Source of the DNA: Vicugna vicugna
Taxonomy: Eukaryota
Assembly: GCA_013265495.1 (NCBI GenBank)
Contig: MU057487.1
Coordinates: 806,001-870,000 of the forward strand
Direction of reading: 5' to 3'
DNA length: 64,000 nucleotides
Shown here: positions 26,846 to 39,829 of the stretch, in pieces
How the letters are laid out: every line of letters begins with the position of its first letter
Position numbering within the stretch: the stretch's first letter is position 1
The notes under the pieces: model-generated
The model's input: the letters and a program-made list of their open reading frames with translations, nothing else
Databases searched by the model: none
What the model was told of the DNA's origin: nothing
Made by a program: the position numbers and the translations under genes

Positions 26846-27764
26846 ATTACTTGCTGTAGTAGAAAGTCCACAAGAATTTAATTAAACTTCCATTCCTGAA
26901 TTTCAGTCTTGTTATCTTTATAATTAAGCACTTGAGCCCAAGGACTTGGAGCATCCAAAGTTTTCTCAGGTAATTGCAACAGTTTTATCTAAAAGAAAAA
27001 AGGATATAATCGTATATATTTTTATCAGTTCCTTCCATTATAAACAAAAGAAAAGGCATCAAATTATATATTGAGAATTGTGTAAATCATTCCTAAATAA
27101 TCACCTTTCTATAAATAAGTCATACATATTTTCTTAAACTAAGATTGTTCAAATTAATTCACATCCAAGGCTGGTAAACCACTGCTATGAGTTCCTTGCA
27201 TCTCAAAATAATACATACAAGAATGTTAATTGCTTTTTTCTTATAAATCTAACAACTTATAGAAAATTTAGCAAATATGGACAAAGGGAATGAAATTAAA
27301 ATATTCATAGTATAAATACCTAGACATAGGCACTATTAACATCTTGGCATGTATAATTTGCTTTTTTTTTCCTTCTCTGCGTATTTTCTATGTGTATAAA
27401 TTTTCACACAGGGTAATTCTGTTTTCCTTTCTATTTGGAAATCATCTTTTTCACTTGACACTGTATCATTAACATTTTCCCGTGATGTTAAATATTTGAC
27501 AACATAATATTTAATAGTTGCATGGGTTTGCCATAATTATTTAAGTTATTTTGGTTCTAGGACATTAAAATCATTTTTCTCCTCCCTTTTTAAAAGGTGA
27601 AAAACTCATCAGATTGCTCTTCAATCTACTTAGACAAATACCCTGTTATATTTGTATTGATTTCTGACCCTTTAGGGGACTTTCAGACATCCAGCACTTT
27701 ATTGCTAGAATTCCATGTATTCTGAAACCCTATATTAAAGTATAAGAAGACAGTGATATAATTG

Positions 27765-27794
27765 TACACACACACACACACACATACACACACA
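27765..27794. repeat. (CA)n microsatellite
   Basis: direct reading. Confidence 0.9.
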
Positions 27795-29917
27795 TAATAT
27801 ATATTAATGTTCACTTAGTTAGAAACAACTGAATATTAAAATTCAATAGAAATTAGGTTGAAAGGTAAATACACCAGTTGCATGATTATTGCACTTTACT
27901 ACGTGCATTAGATTTCTCTTCTGGACGATTTGCCCCCCGGGACGTAATGTTATCATTACTTCTTCCTTTCCTTCCTTCCTCTTCCTTTTCCTTCTCCTCC
28001 TCCTCCTTCTTCCTTTTTATATAGAAACCATTCCTTCCTGCAAAAGTCTGCAATATAACAAGGGTAATATTGTCAAGACAATAGGACATAATGTGCCAGA
28101 ATGAATGCAGGCAATGTGGCAATTTCTGTTTTTAATTCAAAGTTATTTAACTTCAGCCATGGTTTAACCCAAGTGTGCTTCCCAGGCCTCCCAAAAACTT
28201 GAGTCCTTTGTTAAGACTTGAGCTGGCTGTGTTAGCCCTGAATTTTTCTTTTCTTCTTCTTTTTTTTTTTTAAATCTCCTTATATGGCATTGACCTAGGT
28301 GCTGTCTTAGATATTTCAGAGAGATTAAACATCTAACACCGTAGATTACAAAAGAATATGAGCCATGCTTTGTGGAGTGTCATAGACCCATGTACCAGAA
28401 ATACTTAAATACTTTTTAAGACTGTAAAATAGAAAGATGGGATTTACATCTCCATTATACAGAGAAGGCAGCACAAAATAGTCCTTTTTTCTAAAATTTG
28501 ACAGGGTTAAAGTTGTACAAAAAGGTTTAGCTTTTACAACAGCTATGAAAAAAATTTAAGCCACAGCAAGGCATAATTCCCGACGTTTCTGATTTTTTTT
28601 TCAGTGAATTGCTAATATTCACAAAAGAGAAAAAGAGGATGTGACAATTTCCTCTACTTTTGGGTTAGGCCTTAAGAAAAAAAAACCTTAAAGCACTTTC
28701 TCTTTATTTCCTATATTTATAATGCTTTTAAATGGCTTTTTTGGACTTAAAAATTCACTAACTCTTTCTTATAATTATCAATTATTACACTCATTAATTA
28801 ATCTCTGAATTCAGAAAGAACTGTCCTAGCTCACGGACACCCCCACCTGTTCTGTGCCTCCCAGACTGAGCTATAGTTTGGACTATAAAAAAGTATTCCC
28901 TAGAGCAAGGCATGTTCTAGCTGAGGCAGTAATTTGGAACAAGCTAACTGGTGGGCTTCTGATCCCAATTTAAATGACTGCTTTATAAATCTGCATTTTC
29001 AAACATTTCTATTTGCACAGAAATCAATGATGCAAAATCACTAGGAAGAAAAGTAGTTATGGGCCAAACTGACTTTAATGTAGTTCATGTTTTACTGTAT
29101 TTCAATGTTTCAACATTTATACTGAACATCCAAATGTGACTAAGGTATATATGACTTTAACTTTCACATACACTTTGATTAGTTATGCCATATTTCATGG
29201 CCATCAATCAGTAACTGTTTGTCTCCTTAAATATTATTCTGAATTGTTCCAAAGCCGAGTGGTGTCAGGAGATCTGAACAGTCGAACATGGGAAACATCT
29301 GCCTGGAAAATTACTTGACTTGCCAGGACACAGGGCAGCCTGTGTTCTCAGTCCTTCTATGAACGCCTCCTTTGTCAGGAGTGCTCATGAGGATTTCCTG
29401 CAGTGGAGCTGCTGTTTAGGCTTGAGGACATAAACAGTATCCTCACGGACACGATACGGACCTGACACACTATGTGCAGTGGGATTTTTTGAACACTATG
29501 TAGCAGTTGCTGATACCAAAAACGAACAAACAAATAAAAACTGTACATGTTAAGAACTAGCATCAAAGCTTTAACCTATAAAAATAACAGTTGATTCGTT
29601 TTGGACAGAAACAGATATACTAAGATATCTGCAGTCTCATAGAATCTTAAACTTTTAAAACTGAAAAGTGGCTTCTGGTTCTGGTCTCTCATTTTGTAAA
29701 TAAAGAAATGAGGCCCCAGATAAATTAAAAGATGGAAAGAAATACAAAGAGTCTTAGTGCCTATGTTAAGGGAGGTAGAAATATGGGTGGTTACTTTTTT
29801 CCCAATTTCTGCTGTATCTCTCTAGTGGTGATAGTATTTTTATAAGGGCAGAAAGTGTTATCTTAACTGCATGAAGTACGTGCAAGAATCCTTTTAAATC
29901 TGCCTTCCACCTTTCAG

Positions 29918-30092
29918 GCTGATTCTGCTGAGAAGCTTAGAGAGTACGGGCTTTCCCACATCTGTAGCCATCCTCTGCTGGTGACAAGAACTAGGTCTTG
30001 TCCCCTTATAGCACCGCCGAAACCACCTCCTGTACCTTCCTGGAAACTCCTTCGTCAAAAAAAAGAAACTGTCATAACAGATGAAGCTCAAG
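29918..30092 (+). CDS. ADGB: ADGB exon ~11 (175 nt): ADSAEKLREYGLSHICSHPLLVTRTRSCPLIAPPKPPPVPSWKLLRQKKETVITDEAQ
   Basis: tttcag|GCT ... G|gtatgg. Confidence 0.95.
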
Positions 30093-33007
30093 GTATGGTT
30101 AGTGTTGTCTGAAAGTCTTCCTTGTTAACACTTCTCTCTATGAAGTTCTAATAGTTTCCTTTGTAAGGAGAGAGAGATATCAAGGCAAACCACCCAGAAT
30201 TGCACCTAACACCGTCATTTAATTTTATATCCAAATTTGATATCTTTAAATGATTAACTCTGCATATCTCACAAGCCAAGCAATTTGGCTTTCACATCTA
30301 AACTGACATTTTGGGGGTGATGGCATGGTAACCATAATTGTGATAGAAACGTGGTTTGTAGTAAATAACAGAGAAACTTAAATAGCGTACATGTTAAGCC
30401 ACTGGTGTGAATTTCTAACCTGGAAATCATTCTAGAGGACTCTGTAGGACAAAGTCTTGAATTAACCTATTGCTGTTTGAAAGTCCTCTAGGACCAGAAC
30501 TTCCACCCTGGGTGGGTTCCTGCATTAGTACCATCATACAGCCAGTGAGTGGCACCTGTGTTCAGAATTAAACGATTCACACAGGCTGAGGATGGGGCAG
30601 AGGGACAGTTCCCATCTTGTTCTTCTTCTCACCTTTCATTTGTAAATTCCTCACAATCCATGTCTAATTCTTCACTCCTTCAACCTTTTTCTCTACAAGT
30701 CTTCATTTTCACCCCTTTTTCCATCAGCACCAGGTCTGAATGAAACAGAGACCAAGATGGTGAGAGGATGGTGTGAGACCATAAATGAAACATCAGTGTG
30801 AAAGCAGAAGCACGGACGTGACGAGAGGAGATTCAGAAAAACAAAAACTAATAATTAGAAACTGATCCCTAGCAGAATAACTCAATTTATTTTTGTTGAT
30901 TCAACATACATAGCCTTTCCATAGCTAATTTACACTTGCAGTTTAATGAAGGATGATAAAGAGTTGTTGGGCGCTGTAGATTATAGATGTGCATGTGTGT
31001 CTGTGTGTATATATATTTCCCATTCTGAAAAGCTTAAATTATCTTTGTTCAAAACTAGCATTTTTGTTGTTGTTGTTACCTCTTTGGGGTTCATTTCTTT
31101 GCTTTTGCATTTTCTTCTTGTTGCCTTTTCCAGTACATCATTATCTTCTCATGGTATCTCCATCCAGTAACATGTCATCACGTTCTAGACATTATTACAT
31201 TAGAGTTCACAGACCTGTCACCTGAATGAACAATGAAGTCGAGGCCACAATGAACACAGCTAATGCCACTTTACTGAAGGCATCGCTGCAATACTCATAA
31301 ATAAATGTGCTTTGAGTGGTTGGTCCCTTGAACCATGGCTTGTACCCTTCTTGGCAATGCTTGCTGTGGCTCCTGCTACCAGTTCAAGTGTTGTTGACCT
31401 TTCTTTGTAGGAAACAAGAGACCCATATCTGAGTCACAGTGTAATACGTGGGTCTCAGTGGTACTCAGGATCCTACCACTACAAAAGCCACAGAGATTGG
31501 AATATTCACCTGTTCCTTGCCTCCTACTTCCAACCATAATTTACATGTTTTTAAGGTAAAAATAACTGTTAACCATGTAACTTTCCTCACATTCGCTTTC
31601 TGCCTACATTGATACAACCAGTACAGCTGGTAGCAAAGATTTCCTAGCACAACATGTTTTATCCTTGCCAGAAAAGAACAAAGATTAAAGAAATATCTGG
31701 TTTAGATGGAAAGGAGAAATGGTCAGTTCATTTTTTTTTTTAGATTATTATTAGATGTGTCTGCCTCTCTGCCTCCTACTTGATTATTTCAGTTATTTCT
31801 TTACCTTCCTTGAGATTCTGCAATAGGCTGTTGGTGCCAACAGAACACCAGCTGCTGCTTTCAGTTACAGGAACTTTCCAGTCTCCCTCTTCCCTCCTCC
31901 CCTTCCTGGCCTCTTTTGTCTTTCCAACCAAAGATCATCAGCTTTTCACATGATGCTTGAAAGAAAACCTTTTACTTTTAAATGCTGTATTTCAGTTAAA
32001 TGCAAAGAGCCACACTTAAAACAGGTCTTTGCTCAGAGCATCAGAAATAGCTAAATGAAAGGAAAAATACTGAACATACAGTTTTTCTTTATTTTACTGC
32101 TGACTGTTATGCAATTCTATGTAAGTGACAGCTCTGTTGCCAGCTGGGGAAGAAAATCTAGGATTGGTGGGATTCCATAACTGCAGTGTCCCACTTCGAG
32201 GCTCACCATGTAGTTGTCTTTCTTCTCTCCATTGGGTTTAATATTTAAAGGGGAATTCACAGGAGATGGAGAAAGATCAATTTAGAGATTATCTCAAAAC
32301 AAGCACAAGAAGGTCATGTGTCATAGTCACTGTGTCAGAGTCTCACATTTGTTTTTTTTTCATCCAGTGAGCATCCTTTCCACTGTTGCAGGAGCTTTTG
32401 TTAAAATAATCATGCCTAATGTTTAATTTAATGGAGTGTATGCCTTATCCATTGAGAATTTACTTCTATATCAGCTTCAGACTCCTTTAAGAATATACAC
32501 AACTCTTTTCTCGACCTACTGCTTTCTTTTCTACTTATGACCTTTGCTTTGTTACATTTTCTGTTTTTCCAATACTATCTCCATACATTAGTCCACATTT
32601 TTTTTAATGTCCTGAGCAATTGTGTTGTAGACGTTAACTAAAATAACACATTTCTTAGTAAAAGACTTTTATAGAAAGTCATTTGTGTACTCAAAATAGC
32701 AGCATGTGCCAAGTAATAACTCTAGAAAACATTGCTAACTTCCTCCTTTGAGACTTACTGCTTTACGTTGTAAATCTGTAAAGCAACTGAGAAGTAGACT
32801 AAAGAAATCTTACTATTGGCAAGATCTATAAAGCCCTTTCAATTAAAGAAAAAACTTCATGTATCCTAGTGCATTTCTATTTAACTGTATTGAAATTTGC
32901 TGGGTAAATCGTTCATCTAATCAGTACTGCATTAAATGTTAAAATCTACATATAATCTAGGAAGAGTAAAAAAAAATGCATTCATCATACTACTTTTTTC
33001 TTTTTAG

Positions 33008-33098
33008 AAATAGTAATAAAGAAGCCTGAACAGTTTCTTGAGATTTCAAGTCCATTTTTGAATTATAGAATGACTCCGTTTACAATTCCAACAGAGAC
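33008..33098 (+). CDS. ADGB: ADGB exon ~12 (91 nt): IVIKKPEQFLEISSPFLNYRMTPFTIPTE
   Basis: tttttag|AA ... AC|gtaagt. Confidence 0.95.
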
Positions 33099-33639
33099 GT
33101 AAGTATATAGCATTCTTTCCCACAAATACATCCTGTTAACAGATGAAGTACTTTATGACTTGTGCAGTTAAAAACATGCTTTGGCGACAAATGTACTAAA
33201 GTTTCTGTCAATACAGTGATTATAGGAAGACAAAAATTTTCAAGCTCTATTTTATAGTAATAGTTAAGATAAATTTTGAATTGATCAAAATAGGCCTAAA
33301 TATGTCTGGCTTTACAGTGTTGGCTTCTGTCTTAGAACAACAAAGTATTCTGTTTTTCTTTAAACATTAGGACTGGTGAATGTTTTTTGGTTATTACCTG
33401 ATAATTAAATCACAAGATCAGATGATTGTCATAGAAACCTAGGAGATGAAATTTGTCACTTATGGAGGGAAAAAAAGTGCTAATTAAATAGAACAACAAA
33501 GACAATGAAGGAAAAAAAAAGGAAGAATCCATATGTACTGACATTTCAATAGGATGATAGGGATGGAAAGAAAGACTATGTTCTGGATCTGAAGTTTTTA
33601 ATGCGTTCATAGATGTGAAAAGGACATCCACAAACAGCA

Positions 33640-34800
33640 ATAATGTGAAGAGGGTATGATTATCACCACTGAAAGTGTGGTGATGTTACGTAGCAATTGG
33701 TAACCAATACATGGGTACATACGTGTATCAAGGATTATCAAATTTATTCTTTGAATTTGTGCAGTTAATTGTACTTCAATTACTCCTCAATAAAGTTGTA
33801 AAATAAAAAAATTTTAAAATAGTATATAAAATGGTTTAAAAAAATCAAATAGGGACTTTAGAACCAAGGACTACAATAACTGAAATTACGAATTCAATAG
33901 ATGTGTTTAATCACTGATTAGATACAGCAAAAAAAGACAATTAGCAAAATGGAAAATAGGTCAGAAGATAAAATCCAGACTGAAGTATGGAGACCAAAAA
34001 AAAAAAAAAAAAAAAAAAAGAGAAGTACAGTAAGAGGCTTATAAGACAAGTTGAAAAAGACCAACATACTTTCAAGTGGGTCTCAGCGGTAGCGGATAGA
34101 GAGTTTGCGGAATAATTGTGAAATAAAAGTATAATGGCCAATATTATCCCAAAAGCTGAAAAAAAATCAAGTGAAGGTTCATAAAGTTCTGAAAAATGTC
34201 AAGGGATGTAAATATGATGAAAACAGCACCTAGACAGATACATCGTAGTAAAACCAAAGACAAACATGATACAATAATACAGAGATGTAAAGTGAAAGAA
34301 ATACAGCTACACAAGTCCACGTGCGTAAGTGTCACACACAAAAATATTAGACCAAAGAAATCTGGTATAAAAAGTATGCAGTTTATTTTCAATTATTTTA
34401 TTCATATACATTAAAAAAAGAAAAGCAATATATGGTGTTGGAAGCCTTATGTTTTGGGAGTTTCTCTGGGGGGATTAGATTCATTTATGTATTTCTTTAT
34501 TTACCAGAGGTTCTGGGGATCGAACCCAGGACCTCATGCATGCAAGGCGTGCACTTACCACTGAGCTGTACCCACCCCCCGGAAGTCTTATGGTGTTTAC
34601 CTGTGGTTACCTGTGGTTACCTGTGGTGAGGAGTGCTGGCCTGGCCGTGATTAGGAAGCACATCTGGCAGGGCTTGTGGGGCTCTGGTAACATTAGTACC
34701 TCTCGATCTGAATAATGGTGATCTGGCCACGTTTACTAGGTGATTTTTCAGCAAGTTGTACACTTACTATCTGTGTACTTTTTTGAATGTTTTTTAAACT
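33640..34800 (+). mobile_element. Cluster of old L1/HAL1-type fragments (3' end and ORF1-like pieces)
   Basis: tgtacttcaattactcctcaataaagttg L1 3' motif; A-rich ORF1-like stretch at 33830-34270. Confidence 0.55.
34452..34580 (-). mobile_element. Vic-1-type camelid tRNA-derived SINE
   Basis: minus strand GGGTACAGCTCAGTGGT (A box) ... GGTTCGATCCCCAG (B box); TSD ggaag(c/t)cttatg at 34440-34451 and 34581-34592. Confidence 0.85.
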
Positions 34801-36261
34801 TCGTTAAAATTTTTGAGTGGCTTATACTGTAGGTCACAGATACAGTGACCATCAGATAGGGTTTATCCTTCCCTAGGATATATTAAAATCCATGATAAGA
34901 ATATAAGGTGATGAAGACAAAAAGTCAAAAATTAGAAGTCTTTTCATTGTACTGTCCTACTTTGAGAACCTCTTTACATCCTACACAGTTAATTTACATT
35001 TTGTGGGCTCTAGTTAAGTTGAAAATATTAGAAGTATTATTCAAATGTTTTTATCTTTAAGGCACTTGTTAGTCCTATGCATCAATGATTGAACACTGAA
35101 AAGTAGATGAAGAGGGACCCGCAGGCAGCACGAGGGAACAAACACAGCAGTTAGCCATGTCAGGCCATGAGGGACAGCGTTATATGCAGAAAAGGCAATT
35201 TGCTGCTATGTTGGTTTTAAAAATGTGTTCTGTTAAACGTTATTTTCCTTAAACTTTCGTTTTAACTTATAAAAAAATCTAATTTCATACACAAATTATT
35301 AATTTCTATAAAAGTTTAAGTAAATTTAGTTAGCTGAATTTAAACATTTTAAATTGCATTTACAACACTACTATTTTATTTTCACCTTAAGCACTTTAAA
35401 AGCCGAAAATCATAACAAATGAAATCTTGCCAAATATGTAAATCATCATGAAAAGTTGAAATAATCAAAATGATGTATTTTGAGAACCTTGATCTTTCCT
35501 ATGCATACTATTAGTTTTAAATTTTTTCTTATCCCTATAACTTAATCATAAAACTAAAATTAAATATAAGGCTTTATATATTTTATAGCTTAATTTGTTG
35601 ATTTATGTAATATGCTACACTTTTTCAGGTGTTATAAATACAAAATACCACATATGGACAAAATTTTCTTAAATTCAACATAAACATACTGATGGTTTAT
35701 AGTTTTTCTAGTTAGTTATGTACTTAGTGTTACTCATTAAGATGATTTTACCATTCCAAATAATTTTTGATTATCTCTCAGCTGATTGAGATCACATCCT
35801 ACTCATGAATTTTGTGGATTGTAAAAAGCAGAGTTGCAGACCTCCAGGACAAATTTTCTCACACTTCAAAATGTCACACCCAGACTTCTAGAACCTCTGT
35901 GCTAACAGGGACCACAAATGGGTTGGTGTCATAACTTGAACTTCCCTTGTTACTCCCTTACTTGATTTTCTTATGCCCTCTTTCAGTTTTTCTACCCAAT
36001 TAAGGTGGATGAAATGCTATAACCCAAGTCCAAGTGGTGACACTTGATTGGATTCAACTGATCTATTCACTGACTGAACCTGTTGTGCATTCCCTGGTAT
36101 ATCCATTCTATGGCAGAGCCAAAAGCAAAAATCTGTGAATGGCATTTCATCCTCCCTAACTGCTGTAGAGTCAGGAGTCTTAGGTCAACATAAGAGCAAG
36201 CTCGTTCTTTGGCGAGCCCTGGAGAGTGACTGCTATCACAGCTGCCTTTCCTAGGGACACC

Positions 36262-36275
36262 GTCACTGTAGCAAC
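36262..36275 (+). promoter_or_regulatory. Candidate RFX X-box GTCACTGTAGCAAC
   Basis: fits GTNRCYNNRGYAAC; motif only. Confidence 0.4.
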
Positions 36276-36345
36276 AACGTTCCAGTTTTGCCCATTCCTG
36301 TCTCCCAGCCTTGTTTGAGAGAATCAGCCTCACAAATATGTGTGT

Positions 36346-36361
36346 GCTGCCCTCTAGTGGC
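36346..36361 (-). promoter_or_regulatory. Candidate CTCF site (minus strand GCCACTAGAGGGCAGC)
   Basis: near-consensus CTCF core in sequence with no repeat I recognise. Confidence 0.6.
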
Positions 36362-36964
36362 AGTTCCAGGTAAACCGGCGCCATTTAGCCTGAGGTGAAC
36401 TAAGTTTTACGGAACACTAGCAAGAGAAAATTCGAAAGTTTAGGAAGTTCTGTCTACAAGAAATTCAATTTTATCTTTAAAACACACTTACCTAAAATAT
36501 ATGTACTATAACAACTGTCTTCTTATTTATCCATAAACTTCTAGCTGTGGCAATGTTGATTTGGGGTCATATCAGCAATAACTTGAAAGAAAATACTGTG
36601 CTCTTGGGGTAACTAGTATAAATTTCACAGTTGTAAACTTAAGTGCTCAACACTCATAATTAAATTTCGGACTCCGAGCCCCATTTCGCTGATACATTAC
36701 TCTGATACTTAATTAAATCAGTTCTGAACGTCAGATTCCTTTGTGTTCTGATCATCAGCGTTCAAAGATGACCACCATAGCTTTAAAATAAATGGTGTTC
36801 TGGAAAAATTTTATGCCAGTGCATTGACTGATGGAGAATATTTCTTCAGTAGCATATAAATTAAATGTTTTTTAACATGAGACAAAAAAAAAAGTACTGG
36901 TTGTAAAAGAATGAGGATGATAAAATGAACAAAATCAGAACTCTCTGTTGTTGACAAAACGTTA

Positions 36965-37460
36965 ATATACAATGGACTACTGTTCGGCCATTAAAAAAAG
37001 AAGGAAATCTTGCCATTTGTGACATTATAGATGGATCTTGAGGACATTATGCCAAGTGAAATAAGTCAGACAGTGAAAGACAAATACCATATGATCTCAC
37101 TTACACGTGGACTCCAAATAAACAAACTCATCGATACAGAGAACAGGAGAACATATTGGTGGTTCCTGGAGGCAGGGGTGGGAGTGGCTGAAAAGGGTGA
37201 AGGAAGTCAAAAGATACAAACTTCCAGTTATAAAATAAATGAGTCCTGGGGATATTATGTACAGCATGGTAACTCTAATTAATACTACTGTATGGTATAT
37301 TGAAAGTTCTCATCGCAAGGAAAAACAGTTGTGACAAACTATGGTGATGCACGTTAACCAGACTTGCGTTACCATTTAGCTCTATATACAAATATTGAAT
37401 AGTCATGCCGTGTAGCTGAAACTAATATAATGTCATGTCAATTATATCCCAATAAAAAAC
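36965..37460 (+). mobile_element. L1 (L1MA-like) 3' end, sense to ADGB
   Basis: ORF 37031 MDLEDIMPSEISQTVKDKYHMISL is the ORF2 C-terminus; ends aataaaaaa. Confidence 0.88.
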
Positions 37461-37527
37461 TGTAGTTATTTATTAGTCGTTTTAAACAAAAATTAAGATA
37501 ACAGAAGTTTTTTTCTTCCCCCATTAG

Positions 37528-37657
37528 TCATTTTGTGCGATCCTTTATTAAGAAAGGGGTGCTTCCAGGATCTGGTTTATCTCCCCTTACTGAAAAGGAT
37601 GAATCTTCAGTCTATAACCAGGTAGACTTAAATCAATCGACGGGAATTGCATCTCAG
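37528..37657 (+). CDS. ADGB: ADGB exon ~13 (130 nt): HFVRSFIKKGVLPGSGLSPLTEKDESSVYNQVDLNQSTGIASQ
   Basis: cattag|T ... CAG|gtaact. Confidence 0.92.
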
Positions 37658-38180
37658 GTAACTATGTTACTCTTATTATTAGCCCAATTTTTAATTAGGA
37701 AATTTTTTTTTCTATTTTGAGATATACATAAATGCATTTGAGCAGAATAAAGAATACTCCGAGAATAAGCTGCTTTTGTACCCATCTTCTAGATTAGAAA
37801 ATGGGATATTCATCTTTTGCAGGAGTCTCTCGTCTGTCTCTTCAGAGTTGTGTCTCCCATCTGCCATTCGGAGTTGGGTGTTAGTCAACTCCACAGTCTT
37901 CTCATTTTGCCAATTATGGATGCATGTATGAACAATATACAGCTTAGCTTAATTGTTATGTAATTTTATTTAAGTGGACTCATATTAATTCTGGGACTTT
38001 TTAACGTTGTTTATGATATTTGTCTCTTTTGCTGCGTGTCACAGTTCATTCATTTCATGGTCAAAGGTGTTTAATGCATAACTAGTCTGCCATTTAAAAA
38101 CAGTCTTTCACAGTGTTAATGGCTACCTTGATTGCTTTTTGTTTCTTACTGTTGCGAGCAGAGATACCATGATTGCTCTT

Positions 38181-39680
38181 TTTTTTTTCAAACATTTTTA
38201 ATTGAGTTATAGTCATTTTACAACGTTGTGTCAAATTCCAGTGTACAGCACAATTTTTCAGTTATACATGAACATACGTATGTTCACTGTCACGTTCTTT
38301 TTCGCTGTGAGCTACCGCAAGATCTTGTATATATTTCCCTCTGCTATACCATATAATCTTGTTTATCTATTCTGCATATGCCTGTCAGTATCTACAAATT
38401 TTGAAATCCCATTCTGTCCTTTCCCATCCCCTGCCCCCTTGGCAACCACAAGTTTATATTCTATGTCTATAAGTCTGTTTCTGTTTTGTATTTATGTTCT
38501 TTTTTTTTTTTAGATTCCACGTATGAGTGATCTCATATGATATTTTTCTTTCTCTTTCTGGCTTACTTCACTTAGAATGACATTCTCCAGGAACATTCAT
38601 GTCGCTGCAAATGGCGATATGTTGTCGGTTTTTATGGCTGAATAGTATTCCATTGTATAAATATACCACTTCTTCTTTATCCAGTCACCTGTTGATGGAC
38701 GTTTAGGCTGTTTCCATGTCTTGGCTGTTGTAAATAGTGCTGCTATGAACATTTGGGTGCAGGTGTCTTTTTGAAGTAGGGTTCCTTCTGGATATATGCC
38801 CAGGAGCGGGATTCCTGGGTCATATGATAAGTCTATTCCTAGTCTTTTGAGGACTCTCCATACTGTTTTCCACAGTGGCTGCACCAAACTACAATCCCAC
38901 CAGCAGTGTAAGAGGGTTCCCTTTTCTCCACAGCCTCTCCAGCATTTGTCATTTGTGGATTTTTGAATGATGGCCATTCTGACTGGTGTCAGGTGATACC
39001 TCATTGTAGTTTTGATTTGCATTTCTCTGATAATTAGTGATACAGAGCATTTTTTCATGTGCCTGTTGATCATTTGTATGTCTTCCCTGGAGAATTGCTT
39101 GTTTAGGTCTTTTGCCCATTTTTGGATTGGGTTGTTTGTTTCTTTCTTATTAAGTTATACGAGCTGCTTATATATTCTGGAGATCAAGCCTTTGTTGGTT
39201 TCATTTGCAAAAATTTTCTCCCATTCCGTAGGTTGTCTTCTTGTTTTACTTACAGTTTCCTTTGCTGTGCAGAAGCTTGTAAGTTTAACTAGGTCCCGTT
39301 TGTTTATTCTTGCTTACATTTCTATTGCTTGGGTAGACTGCCCTAGGAGAACATTTTTAAGATGTATGTCAGATAATGTTTTGCCTATATTTTCTTCTAG
39401 GTTTATTGTATCTTGTCTTATGTTTAAGTCTTTGATCCATTTTGAGTGTATTTTTGTGTATGGTGTAAGGGAGTGTTCTAACTTCATCGATTTACATGCT
39501 GCTGTCCAGTTTTCCCAACACTATTTTCTGAAGAGACTGTCTTTATTCCATTGTATATTCTTGCCTCCTTTGTTGAAGATGAGTTGACTGAAAGTTTGTG
39601 GGTTCATTTCTGGGCTCTCTATTCTGTTCCATTGGTCCATATGTCTGTTTTTGTACCAATACCATGCTGTCTTGATTACT
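38181..39680 (-). mobile_element. Relatively young 5'-truncated L1 (1.5 kb)
   Basis: ORF 38597..39073 is the ORF2 Cys-rich domain ([19 protein letters not shown]...[16 protein letters not shown]); poly-A end at about 38181. Confidence 0.95.
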
Positions 39681-39829
39681 ATGTGTTGGGGGGAGGTAAT
39701 TAGAATTTTTTATGGATTTTTAAATTAATTTTTTATTTTATTTTATTTTTTAGTGGAGATACTGGTCTTTGAACCCAGGACCTTGCGCATGCTAAGCATG
39801 CACTCTACCGCTGAACTATACCCTCACCC
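39681..39829 (-). mobile_element. Vic-1-type camelid SINE joined directly to the L1 5' truncation point
   Basis: minus strand GGGTATAGTTCAGCGGTAGAGTGCATGCTTAGCATGCGCAAGGTCCTGGGTTCAA...TAATTACCTCCCCCC. Confidence 0.9.

Noticed and set aside
31200..31300. NEVEATMNTANAT resembling an RTE-type LINE RT C-terminal motif
   Set aside because: Match too short and degenerate to call
34500..34580. tRNA gene calls here and at 39750-39829
   Set aside because: These are SINE heads with SINE tails and TSDs, not intact cloverleaf tRNA genes
34597..34626. (ttacctgtgg)x3 tandem repeat
   Set aside because: Simple slippage in an L1 relic; no spacers, not CRISPR-like
39012..39587. 191-aa hydrophobic + strand ORF
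   Set aside because: Antisense reading of L1 ORF2, a common artefact
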